64,000 nt of DNA from a virus. The position numbers and the translations under genes are program-made. Each line of letters starts with the position of its first letter. Positions within the stretch are counted from its first letter, which is position 1. Location of the stretch: IMG/VR virus record IMGVR_UViG_3300028920_000027, positions 64,001-128,000 of that record; one strand, given 5' to 3'. The notes under the pieces are model-generated. The model saw only the letters and a list, made by a program, of their open reading frames with translations, was not told the origin of the DNA and searched no databases. Of this stretch, positions 28,942-37,212 are shown one piece after another.

Positions 28942-29006
28942 AGCTCAGTTGCAGGGAATCGAACCACCCGGGCACCGACGTCGCTTGCCATTACGCCAAA
29001 CTGAGC
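28942..29006 (-). pseudogene. tRNA-like unit lacking the anticodon arm
   Basis: GCTCAGTT/AACTGAGC acceptor, AATGGCA D-loop, GGTTCGATTCC T-loop; only about 12 nt between D and T arms. Confidence 0.55.
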
Positions 29007-29079
29007 GGTGGAATCGGAGGGAATCGAACCCTCATTACAGGTCTGCCAGACCCGTGTCTTCCCGTTAGACGACGACCCC
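29006..29079 (-). tRNA. trnA: tRNA-Ala(GGC)
   Basis: CGGGT-CT GGC AG-ACCTG; G3:U70. Confidence 0.88.
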
Positions 29080-29141
29080 AAGTTGAAGGCGGCGCTACCC
29101 TCGCTCTTACATAACCACCGTACAGATGGCGTAGCCTTCAC

Positions 29142-29216
29142 CAGCTCCGGGCCTAGGGATCGAACCTAGCTCAATGGGGTCAAAGCCCACCGTCCTCACC
29201 AGAAGACCAACCCGGA
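29142..29216 (-). tRNA. trnQ: tRNA-Gln(TTG)
   Basis: GTGGG-CT TTG AC-CCCAT; U1-A72, G73. Confidence 0.9.
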
Positions 29217-29318
29217 ATAGTACCCCCTGTACGGGGGTGTAATCTTGAATTTTCTCAGTGCATCCTCGTGTGATCCTTGGGACTCGACACAACATCCTGA
29301 GCACTACACCTTGGGAGC

Positions 29319-29570
29319 ATGTACATTCACAGAAAGACCCCCCTCGAACGCTTCATCACCTACGACGCGGCCCGCACCGGCTGCACCTACGACGCGGCCA
29401 GGCAGCGCCTTGAGCAAGCTGGGTTTGACCTCAACCGAAGAAGCTGGGAGATGGTCTTGAAGTACTATCTCCCCCTTCTCCAAGAAGACCCCTCGCTGCT
29501 GGAGGAGTTCGTCTACCGCCCGCCGACCTTCGCGCGGCTTCGAGAACTACGAGTCAGGCTGGCAGCATGA
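29319..29570 (+). CDS. Hypothetical protein (83 aa) with TYDAAR duplicated
   Basis: ORF track; GGGAG RBS; 16-nt repeat at 29357 and 29384. Confidence 0.7.
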   Translation: MYIHRKTPLERFITYDAARTGCTYDAARQRLEQAGFDLNRRSWEMVLKYYLPLLQEDPSLLEEFVYRPPTFARLRELRVRLAA

Positions 29571-29636
29571 ACCGCGGGAGTGCCTCCGGTTGACTAGACC
29601 GTTGGCTGTGCCGGGCAGCCACCCCCAGCACCTCCC

Positions 29637-29712
29637 TGGTGCGAGCAGCGGGAATCGAACCCGCGTCTGCGGCTTGGGAAGCCGCCGTCCTGGCCAACTG
29701 AACGACGCTCGC
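29637..29712 (-). tRNA. trnG: tRNA-Gly(CCC)
   Basis: GCGGC-TT CCC AA-GCCGC; CCA (A73). Confidence 0.88.
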
Positions 29713-29713
29713 G

Positions 29714-30355
29714 TCATCCTCGGTCCACCACTTGACGGGCCCGGCGAATCGCCGCCGGGACCGTACGCGTGGGGTCGAACTCGTCATCGGCAAAGTCGGC
29801 CACATCCTGACTCACCGATTCGTTGATGAGATTCAAGCCGTACCGGTGACGTCGAACGCCCTTATGCCGCATCGACCCCAGATGCTCGCCCACCCAGCCG
29901 TAGAGGAAGCCCCAGGAGGGCTCCCTGAGCTTGACCCAGGCACCCAATCGGAGCCGCCGCTTCTCGGGCTCTGGGGGCTCGTACAGCTCGGGAGCGGGCA
30001 CCGACTCCTCGACGAGGACAGGGACGTGGGTGAAGCCCAAGTCCTTGCTTGCATTGTATCGGTGGATTCCATCCACAATGTCGAACTTGCCGCCCTTGTC
30101 CACCACATCGAGGGGGTCAAGAGGAGTCCCACGCTCGATGTGGCGCCGTACCTCTTCGTAACGCCCCGGGTTCCAGACCGGCTTGGGAATGATGAGGCGG
30201 ATGGGCACCAGCAGAAGTCGTGCCTTGGTGTAGACGCCCAGCTCTCGAGCCTCATCGCGCTGGGTCTCAGGATCGTTCTTCGCGTCCAGACTCCGGCGAT
30301 CCACCTTGTAGTGGCTCCTCGCGCGGGCGATGCGGCGGTCATAGTGATACGCCAT
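29714..30355 (-). CDS. ParB/Srx N-terminal domain protein starting MAYHYDRRIA
   Basis: PLDVVDKGGKFDIVDGIHRYNASKDLG (DGxHR); no HTH seen. Confidence 0.8.
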   Translation of the reverse strand: MAYHYDRRIARARSHYKVDRRSLDAKNDPETQRDEARELGVYTKARLLLVPIRLIIPKPVWNPGRYEEVRRHIERGTPLDPLDVVDKGGKFDIVDGIHRYNASKDLGFTHVPVLVEESVPAPELYEPPEPEKRRLRLGAWVKLREPSWGFLYGWVGEHLGSMRHKGVRRHRYGLNLINESVSQDVADFADDEFDPTRTVPAAIRRARQVVDRG

Positions 30356-30368
30356 GTTTCCAACAGGC

Positions 30369-30550
30369 TCAGTCTTGGTCAGCGTAGATGTTGGCTTGTT
30401 CCCAGATGTACGCCGCGATCTGCTGTGGCACATTTGCCTTCAGGCTCAACTTCGCTGGCCGAGAATCGTTGAGTAGGCCCTCCGAGCCTCTTCCACCATA
30501 TTGGAAAGAGTCTTGGCACCCGCTGCCATTCGATAGTCATAGTGCGTCAT
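30369..30550 (-). pseudogene. Small MTHYDYRMAA protein split by an apparent -1 frameshift
   Basis: Frame 0 MTHYDYRMAAGAKTLSNMVEEARR; -1 frame LLNDSRPAKLSLKANVPQQIAAYIWEQANIYADQD*. Confidence 0.5.
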
Positions 30551-30578
30551 GCTACCGATCGATCACAAGAAGAATCTC

Positions 30579-30649
30579 TGGAGAGCCGAGTGGGGGTCGA
30601 ACCCACCCTCGAAGGGTTGCAATCTTCGTCGTCCCCGGGACGCCGGCTC
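30579..30649 (-). tRNA. trnC: tRNA-Cys(GCA)
   Basis: CGAAG stem, loop TT GCA AC; U73 CCA. Confidence 0.8.
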
Positions 30650-30652
30650 AAG

Positions 30653-30728
30653 TAGTGGGGCGCCAGGGAGTCGAACCCTGCGCAGGAAGTTTATCGGACT
30701 TCCCCGGTCATACCGGGCCGCACGCCCC
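30653..30728 (-). tRNA. trnI: tRNA-Ile(GAT)
   Basis: GAAGT-CC GAT AA-ACTTC. Confidence 0.82.
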
Positions 30729-30782
30729 AAGTAGTGCACTCCGAAGAGCGCGCTACCTGCCCCCGCTGTAGTGCAGGGGCTT

Positions 30783-30858
30783 TGTAGCGAGGGTGGGATT
30801 TGAACCCACGATCTCCGGGTTATGAGCCCGACGAGCTGCCAAACTGCTCCACCTCGCA
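30783..30858 (-). tRNA. trnfM: Initiator tRNA-fMet(CAT)
   Basis: 1:72 mismatch; GGG/CCC in anticodon stem; CT CAT AA. Confidence 0.88.
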
Positions 30859-30934
30859 GTGGGTCGTCGAGGAATCGAACCTCGTTCTCCCGCTCTTCAG
30901 GCGGGCGCTGAATCACCAGACTAGCTCACGACCC
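30859..30934 (-). tRNA. trnF: tRNA-Phe(GAA)
   Basis: CCCGC-CT GAA GA-GCGGG. Confidence 0.88.
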
Positions 30935-31290
30935 TTGTAGTCTTCTACAACCTTCAGAAGAAGCTTATCGCGCGAGCTATGCTCTATACGATGGCAGTTC
31001 GAGCACAGAAGCTCGCACTTGCTCAGCTCCTTCTAGATGACATCCCACGACCGGTTGGCAACGTTCCCGATCGTGAACTCCTTCTGACCTTCTCGGTGGT
31101 GAAACTCGAAGGCTGCGATCGACCCCTTCCAACCGCACCTCTGGCACCTACCTCCAAGGTGGGCAACGGCTGCCTTCTTGGCCCTCAACCTCCGAATCTT
31201 GGTGTTGCATGACCCGCACCGCTTGCGCCTCCCACTCGTCATCAGGCGAGAGCACAGAGGGCATGGGTAGGGGTCTTTCTTGGGCCGCAT
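30913..31290 (-). pseudogene. HNH endonuclease with in-frame amber codon at 31033-31035
   Basis: CQRCG...FEFHH...SWDVI*KELSKCELLCSNCHRIEH; frame stays open 40 codons past the TAG. Confidence 0.8.
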
Positions 31291-31322
31291 ACAACTGGTG
31301 TGACATAAGATGTTTCACCATC

Positions 31323-31380
31323 TGGATCCAGGGGAGGGGATCGAACCCCCAAAAATCTCGGTTAGCAGTCGGGCACCGGA
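31323..31380 (-). pseudogene. 3' half duplicate of tRNA-Asn
   Basis: 35-nt repeat 31327-31361 vs 32211-32245 (34/35); 5' half absent. Confidence 0.7.
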
Positions 31381-32109
31381 ACTTCTGGGGGATAAACTGC
31401 TCCCAAGGGCCGACGCCGCCCTTGTCTACTACCCAACCAGAGCTTGTGCCTTCATGGCGGCCCTCTGGGCTGATCCTGAACTTCCCCAGCGGTGTCGTCG
31501 CGATGTACGACTGGTACGTGACGCCGCGCTGGGTGACCTCGACCATCCCACTTCCAGGGAGTGCCGAGCTTCTTGGACCCCTTCTGCTTGATGACGGGGC
31601 GAGCCCACTCGACGCCATCCCGACAGAGCTTGATGGCCTCCTTGACCGCAGGGCGAAGGGCTCGGTCTATCGACTGCCGACGCGCTCGACGAGCGCGGCA
31701 GCTGCATCAGTCGGGGAGCCTTCGAGTCCCGCAAGGTAGTCATCATTGTAGGGTGGAGAATGGTAAGGGCCTTGATGCCTTTCATGGCGGCTTCGGCGCG
31801 GCTCGCCCAGCCCTCGATGCCCGTGAAGAGGTCGTCGATCTGATTGTCGATCACGAAGAAGGCGTCATCGAGAGCTTGGGCAGACTTCTCGTTCGGGCTC
31901 CGTTGAACTTCTGCCAGAGCGGCCTCCAAGGACGAGACGTGACCATTGACTCGCTGCACCGTCGCGGCCACGCGATTCCCCACACCTTGGTTCATCTCCT
32001 GGATGGCGAGCTTTCGCAGCGCACCAGCCAGCTCACTTGCCTTGGCCTCGGCCTCCTTGAGAGGGTTGGGGGAGGCAGCGGTTCGGTCTCGGTAGTCGTA
32101 CCTCGTCAT
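31380..32109 (-). pseudogene. MTRYDYRDRTAA protein with several apparent frameshifts
   Basis: Protein-like segments in successive frames: ...AMKGIK / PYNDDYLAGLEGSP / IDRALRPAVKEAIKL / VEVTQRGVTYQSYIAT. Confidence 0.55.
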
Positions 32110-32206
32110 CGTGAAAGAACAGAGCCATCAACAGAATATGGGGTGGCCGCTCCGCGACTCTTCCCGACTCGTCGGACCACCTGTGTCAAGAAGCGGCAGA
32201 CCCTTT

Positions 32207-32284
32207 CAGCTCCAGGGGAGGGAATCGAACCCCCAAAAATCTCGGGTAACAACCGAGCGCCTTACCATTCAGCTCCACCCTGGA
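32207..32284 (-). tRNA. trnN: tRNA-Asn(GTT), second copy
   Basis: CTCGG-TT GTT AC-CCGAG; G73. Confidence 0.85.
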
Positions 32285-32286
32285 AT

Positions 32287-32374
32287 GACAATCACATCAC
32301 GGGACTCGAACCCGTCCCTCCGGCTTTAACTCGCTTCCGCTTTCCGGCGTGCTACCGACACACCCTCATGTGAC
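32287..32374 (-). ncRNA. tRNA-like RNA with 20-nt anticodon loop containing a GNRA mini-hairpin
   Basis: GTCACAT/ATGTGAT acceptor, D arm, CCGG/CCGG stem around AAAGCGGAAGCGAGTTAAAG, GGGTTCGAGTCCC T arm. Confidence 0.6.
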
Positions 32375-32529
32375 TGCGTTCAACAGCCCTACTCGAGCGC
32401 CGTACTCCAGCCACCTACTCACCCCAGACCCCTGTCCGGCGCTGCCCCGGCTCGGCGTTTTTATAGCGTAAAAGCGAGTGTTAGGTCTGACTTTTCTGTG
32501 GATGTTCCCGACGCCTTTTCAAGGCTGTC

Positions 32530-32604
32530 TAGTCGGAGACCCGGGGATCGAACCCGGCGAGTCTTGGCCCCGAACCAAGCGGCACACCCTGCGCCTTGTC
32601 TCCG
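32530..32604 (-). tRNA. trnP: tRNA-Pro(CGG), near-identical second copy
   Basis: Differs from 28122-28196 at two positions. Confidence 0.87.
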
Positions 32605-32638
32605 TTGTTGAGCGCTATGGATGACCCCCTTTGGACGT

Positions 32639-32714
32639 TGGAGCGAGAGACGGGAATTGAACCCGCCAAATCCGGCTTGGAAGGCCAGCATCACGCCATT
32701 GTGATTTCTCTCGC
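32639..32714 (-). tRNA. trnG: tRNA-Gly(TCC)
   Basis: CTGGC-CT TCC AA-GCCGG; U73 CCA. Confidence 0.9.
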
Positions 32715-32773
32715 AAGTGCCCCTGGGGCCAGTGTCCCGACCGAGACCGAGCAGGGGCAAGACGGCGTTGCCG

Positions 32774-32847
32774 CAGCAGGCCTGTAAGGAGTCGAACCCT
32801 ATCGACAGTGGACTTGGAAACCACCCGGCTACCTCAGCCTCAGACCC
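32774..32847 (-). tRNA. trnW: tRNA-Trp(CCA)
   Basis: GTGG-T[TT CCA AG]T-CCAC; G73. Confidence 0.8.
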
Positions 32848-33185
32848 ATTGAAATCTTGTACATCAACTGATCAAGTCCATCCATCTTTGACCAAAAGTC
32901 ATCAGCTCCACATATCCCGGCTTGTATTTCCAAGTCCTCAGAAGGTATTCCCGAAATCAACCATATCGGGGAAGAGGATACTTGGCGAATGAAACCTACT
33001 GCTCGTGGCCCTGGCACCTCAGGAAGGTGAACATCCAACAAGATCAAATCTGGTCCTCTAGCCCGAATCTCGGTGAGGGTCCCCCCAACCGACCTCTTCC
33101 AAAAGAGTCGATGCCCTCGTTTTTCAAAAACCGGAAATACTAACTGACCAAACAGGAAGTCGTCATCGATCAAAAACACCAGCAT
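32829..33185 (-). CDS. Orphan CheY-like receiver domain protein
   Basis: VFLIDDD, PDLILLDVHLP, WLIS, GADDFWSK; start ATG 33185. Confidence 0.85.
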   Translation of the reverse strand: MLVFLIDDDFLFGQLVFPVFEKRGHRLFWKRSVGGTLTEIRARGPDLILLDVHLPEVPGPRAVGFIRQVSSSPIWLISGIPSEDLEIQAGICGADDFWSKMDGLDQLMYKISMGLRLR

Positions 33186-33235
33186 ATGCACGAGATGCGC
33201 ATAACTTTTTTTGGCGGATGTGTAAAAGGAACACC

Positions 33236-33308
33236 AAGTGGACCCAGGGGGAATCGCACCCCCGCGAGTCTGCTTGCAAGGCAGACCGGTTGCCTTCAAC
33301 TTGAGCCC
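33236..33308 (-). tRNA. trnA: tRNA-Ala(TGC)
   Basis: TCTGC-CT TGC AA-GCAGA; G3:U70. Confidence 0.8.
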
Positions 33309-33311
33309 ATT

Positions 33312-33389
33312 TCGTAGCGAGAGTCGGACTCGAACCGACGACCTCCGGCTTATGGGGCCGGCGAGCACTCCAGACTGCTCTATCTCGCA
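33312..33389 (-). tRNA. trnM: tRNA-Met(CAT), initiator-like body
   Basis: CCGGC-CC CAT AA-GCCGG; 1:72 mismatch but lacks the 3 G-C pairs. Confidence 0.8.
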
Positions 33390-33462
33390 GCGCCCCTGAC
33401 GTGGATCGAACACGCCTCGACCGGTCGACAGCCGGTCCGCCTCACCAGATGCGTACAGGGGC
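33388..33462 (-). tRNA. trnD: tRNA-Asp(GTC)
   Basis: ACCGG-CT GTC GA-CCGGT; G73. Confidence 0.88.
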
Positions 33463-33470
33463 AAATGAAG

Positions 33471-33579
33471 GGTGGCACGTTGGCACATACCACCCCAGGA
33501 GAAGCAACCGATCACCCGAAGGTGCTCGGTCCTATTGTCCTGTCAAGTTGTCAGAGAACGAGGGTGGTGCAACGCCACC
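33471..33579 (-). ncRNA. Candidate rod-shaped RNA with central bubble (6S-like architecture)
   Basis: Closing stem GGTGGC-GTTG-CAC-CACCC/GGGTGG-GTG-CAAC-GCCACC; bubble; terminal ACCGA-GCACC-TTCG-GGTG-TCGGT. Confidence 0.5.
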
Positions 33580-33587
33580 TCTTTGCT

Positions 33588-33662
33588 CAGCTCCGGGCCA
33601 AGGGATCGAACCTTGCTAGGCGGTGTCAGAGACCGCTGCCTTCACCAGATGGCTAGCCCGGA
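33588..33662 (-). tRNA. trnQ: tRNA-Gln(CTG)
   Basis: GCGGT-CT CTG AC-ACCGC. Confidence 0.9.
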
Positions 33663-33693
33663 ATGTCAAAATGTCTGCCCTGCTCGTGGCAGG

Positions 33694-33768
33694 TGGTAGG
33701 CCAGGTGGGAGTTGAACCCACAGTCATAGATTAAGAGTCTACTGGTTTTGCCGTTAACCGACTGGCCC
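33694..33768 (-). tRNA. trnK: tRNA-Lys(CTT)
   Basis: GTAGA-CT CTT AA-TCTAT; CCA. Confidence 0.9.
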
Positions 33769-33921
33769 AGATTTTACCCAGCGGCACTTTCGAGAGCAGA
33801 ACCGCTGCTTGGCACTAACATGTGACTTGAAAGACACCTCAACCCAACCTCTTGTTGGGGGTACTCATTGATGTTTACTGACGGGCATAGCACTTGTATA
33901 ACCTCAGTGCTTTAGCCGCCC

Positions 33922-33996
33922 TGGTAGGCCGAGAGGGATTCGAACCCTCAGTCACGGGGTAAAAACCCGCTGGTTTGCGCATTAACCGACCGGCCT
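33922..33996 (-). tRNA. trnK: tRNA-Lys(TTT)
   Basis: GCGGG-TT TTT AC-CCCGT; CCA. Confidence 0.85.
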
Positions 33997-34111
33997 TCAA
34001 AGGCGAATGGTCGGCACCTGTTTATCCTTGCTCATTTTCGTTCCCGTAGAGGTTGTCAACCCGGTCTAGAGTCATCTTCAAAGAAGATTCGTGGCAGTAA
34101 AAGCAGGGGTG

Positions 34112-34201
34112 TGGTGGGGCGTGAGGGAATCGAACCCACTCGGATCTCGAAGGACTCCAGTTTTACAGACTGACCCGCCTGCCTTAGCGGTCTAACGCCC
34201 C
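34112..34201 (-). tRNA. trnY: tRNA-Tyr(GTA)
   Basis: TCAGT-CT GTA AA-ACTGG; long variable arm; CCA. Confidence 0.9.
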
Positions 34202-34231
34202 ATGGTCTATGTTGATGTTCTTAAAACGACT

Positions 34232-34263
34232 GAGGCCGCCTCAGGTCTTTCCTGGGCGGCCTC
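34232..34263. other. GC-rich stem-loop at the 5' head of the tRNA array
   Basis: GAGGCCGCC/GGCGGCCTC 9-bp stem; no strong U-tract. Confidence 0.5.
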
Positions 34264-34554
34264 GCTCTCTACTCCTACTGAGTGTGAACTAGGCCGCCTA
34301 GGTATCCACCTCCGGCTTGGCGATCAGAATGCTGGAGGTGATGGGCAAATAGGCTGAATTCCCTGCAAATTCTCCCTGATGCCCACGCGCACACCACTGT
34401 GCCGACGCCATTCTGGCGACTGCGAGTGATTGGAGTTTGTGCGTTGTGGACATCGAAAGCAGAACCTCGTTACATCTACGTCTACACTCTCCCTTGAAGG
34501 GGTGCAAGCATAAAAGTGATCCTGATTTGTCCGACAAGGGTTAGACCCTTGTAA

Positions 34555-35244
34555 TCACAAGGATTGTACGGTGTTGGAAATCTGAATCGACTCAATGCTA
34601 CCGTTGAAGGAGTCAAAGGCCCCAAGCAAATTGGGAGGTTCCATCGTGATCAGATACTCCGGTCGGAAAGGAGTCCATGGGCTCGTGGGATCCACAGGCG
34701 ACCAGTCGGCATCCGGCACGTCCACCCCATTGACCTGAAGCCGTATGTGCCGGGCTCCATGAACGGGTGTAGTACAATCCCATACGCAACGGATGTGCAG
34801 CTTTGTGTTGGACCCGTTGCCCGGGCCCGAAGGGGTCCCACGAGCAACGGCGTTGGCCCCCAGGTCCATCCACTCGATGTGAGGTCGGTTCGAAGTGTCG
34901 ATGGCGATGTGCATAATCCGAGTCACCGGCATCCTGTCGGCAACAGAGAAGATTGAGCGGGTGGTCCCATTCGAACCAGAATCAATGACGAGATCGATCG
35001 AACCCTGCCTGCCCGATATCCGGGAACCGCGCGGAAAGCGTCCTGGCTCACTCAATGCCCACCGGCCTCGACCGGCCACGCTGAAGACCTGATCCGAAAA
35101 GGCCCGCGCGCTGATAGCAGGGGCCAGCATCGAGCTGCCAGCATCCCACAGAGGAGCCCCTCCTGTGGTGTTGGGGGTGGCCATCTGGTTGGTCACGAGA
35201 ACGTTGGAGCCGTGGGCGTGCAGGTCTTGAGAGCGCTGGGCCAT
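34555..35244 (-). CDS. Beta-rich protein, possibly lectin/LamG-like virion component
   Basis: Beta-strand pattern, LQVNG, FNGSIESIQISN C-terminus; start MAQRSQD. Confidence 0.65.
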   Translation of the reverse strand: MAQRSQDLHAHGSNVLVTNQMATPNTTGGAPLWDAGSSMLAPAISARAFSDQVFSVAGRGRWALSEPGRFPRGSRISGRQGSIDLVIDSGSNGTTRSIFSVADRMPVTRIMHIAIDTSNRPHIEWMDLGANAVARGTPSGPGNGSNTKLHIRCVWDCTTPVHGARHIRLQVNGVDVPDADWSPVDPTSPWTPFRPEYLITMEPPNLLGAFDSFNGSIESIQISNTVQSL

Positions 35245-35380
35245 GCTGAAGCAATTCAAAAAGCTCTTTTTGAACGCCACAAGGGTGAAGTTCTCACCTG
35301 AAACCCAGAACCTGCTGACATCTGCCTCGGTCAAGGCCAAAGCCCGCACCGCCAACACAGGATTCCGCTGTCATCTGGGC

Positions 35381-35908
35381 ATGGGGGACTATGACCGGTT
35401 CACCGAATACTGGGCCAACGTCGCGTACCAATTCGTGGCTCAAGTCTATGCGGGCTACGACGTCGAGCCCCTGCGCGAGATCGGCGCCGTGGATGATGCT
35501 GACCACACGAGTGGGGCCAATGCCAGCTTCCAGCCCAGCTCAGGCAAGATCTGCCTCTGCCCTAGTTACGTCGCTGGGCGACCAGGGCGCGTCCTGGAGA
35601 AGCTCACCCATGAATTGACTCACGCCGCCCTTGATGGATTCCCCGCCGGTGACCCCTTTTATGAGGAAGGCTACACCGACTTCAGCGTCTGGGTCCTTGC
35701 CCACGCGCCGGTCTGGGGCGAGTACCGTCGCGCCATGATCGAGAGCGCGGAAGAGAACATCACCCTGCGTCGGGAGCGTGCCCTGCGTGACCTAAGCGAC
35801 TACGACCGCAAACGGTGGGCAGGCGGAGTCTTCGCCGCAGAGATGCATGGGCCCATGCTGCCCATCAAGCTCCGGATGCGAAAACTCGAAGGGACCAGAT
35901 ATTGGTGA
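35381..35908 (+). CDS. HExxH zinc metallopeptidase-like protein
   Basis: LTHELTHAAL...YEEG; start MGDYDRF. Confidence 0.8.
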   Translation: MGDYDRFTEYWANVAYQFVAQVYAGYDVEPLREIGAVDDADHTSGANASFQPSSGKICLCPSYVAGRPGRVLEKLTHELTHAALDGFPAGDPFYEEGYTDFSVWVLAHAPVWGEYRRAMIESAEENITLRRERALRDLSDYDRKRWAGGVFAAEMHGPMLPIKLRMRKLEGTRYW

Positions 35909-36420
35909 TGGACCCCATCGCGATCCGCGTTGCCGCCCGCTACAAGGCCGCCTCCTATGATTCAGTCTCCTACGACGTGCTGAAGGAGGACTTGTCCCGG
36001 TTCCTACGCTACGTCAAGAAATTCGAACGACAGTCCAAGCTCTTACTTGAGTACCTCGAAAGCTGCAACCAGCTGCTTCGAAACCCGGAACTGGGGGAGC
36101 GGATCAAGACACTCCAAGAATGTCGACATAAGGCCACGCGCCTCCTAAGATCCCTCCCCTCTGCGATTGCCGAGGCCCACAACCCTCAGCGCACCCCCAA
36201 CTGGCACGACTTCCTCTCCTTCTACCAGAGCGGGTTCTTCATCGCGAGCCAAACGGAGAACTGGGAGGGTCTTCTTGAAGAGGAACTCTGGGGGAGTCAT
36301 GTTGCCCAGAGGATCTACAGCCGCATGAACGCGATACCACTGCATGATGCCGTCTCTGAGATCCATGATGATCTCAAGACCATCAAGGGAAAGTCCAACG
36401 ACGAGTGGGGGTGGAGATGA
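35908..36420 (+). CDS. Hypothetical protein starting MDPIAIRVAARYKAAS
   Basis: TGATG-coupled start at 35908. Confidence 0.75.
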   Translation: MDPIAIRVAARYKAASYDSVSYDVLKEDLSRFLRYVKKFERQSKLLLEYLESCNQLLRNPELGERIKTLQECRHKATRLLRSLPSAIAEAHNPQRTPNWHDFLSFYQSGFFIASQTENWEGLLEEELWGSHVAQRIYSRMNAIPLHDAVSEIHDDLKTIKGKSNDEWGWR

Positions 36421-36809
36421 GCAGTCGTGAACAGCTCCTGCAAAAGGAGATTCAGAGCCACCGAAGCACCATCAAGACGCTGGAAGGTATCGCGAAAAAG
36501 CTCAGGGACGTCGTGCGCGTTGTGCAGCCTGACGCTAATGCCAACGGCAGCCCCCAGCAGATGATTGAAGAGGCCAAGACCACAGCTACACACTTTGAGA
36601 GAATGATCGCGCTGCTGGAAAGTGGTAGCGATGGGGACATCGAGGAGCATCTCAGCCTCGCCGATGACGTCCCCTACAGCTTCCTGAGCGAGTACACCCT
36701 CATATTCGATGCCAGCCAGCTGCTGGTCGAACTAGGCCACCTCTACGAATCATCAACCAACGCCTTTGATCGAGCTGAGCGCCTCTATGACGCCCTCGTT
36801 CATGAGTGA
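36417..36809 (+). CDS. Helical hypothetical protein
   Basis: ATGA coupling; GGAG RBS. Confidence 0.75.
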   Translation: MSSREQLLQKEIQSHRSTIKTLEGIAKKLRDVVRVVQPDANANGSPQQMIEEAKTTATHFERMIALLESGSDGDIEEHLSLADDVPYSFLSEYTLIFDASQLLVELGHLYESSTNAFDRAERLYDALVHE

Positions 36810-36924
36810 GCCCGGCGCTCGCGGGTGAGCTTGGTCTTGTAGCGCCGACACGGGTCACGCTTGCTGAGCCACCGGATGGAAGCGGTGGATGCTGCTGTGG
36901 CAGTCTCGACAGAGCGCAATAGTC

Positions 36925-37212
36925 TCAGTGCCACCTTTTGATTTTGGAATCAGGTGGTGTTCGGTCCACTCGTGGACTCCGATCCGGCGGCAGATCGGGC
37001 AGGGTAGGATCGTGTAAAATGCGGTCAATTTGCTCTTTCTTCAGACGCCAGGTCGACCAGAGGTATAGCCCAGCACCCGCGACAATCAGCACGACATACC
37101 AGGGCCACAGGAAATGCTTGACCATGAATACAAGGCCCACGACGAAGCTAGTCTGAGCCAGAGCTTGAACGAGAACGACCAGGAAAGCTACTCGGTCTGA
37201 TATCACTTCCAC
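36925..37212 (-). CDS. Small two-helix membrane protein
   Basis: Two hydrophobic stretches. Confidence 0.6.
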   Translation of the reverse strand: MEVISDRVAFLVVLVQALAQTSFVVGLVFMVKHFLWPWYVVLIVAGAGLYLWSTWRLKKEQIDRILHDPTLPDLPPDRSPRVDRTPPDSKIKRWH

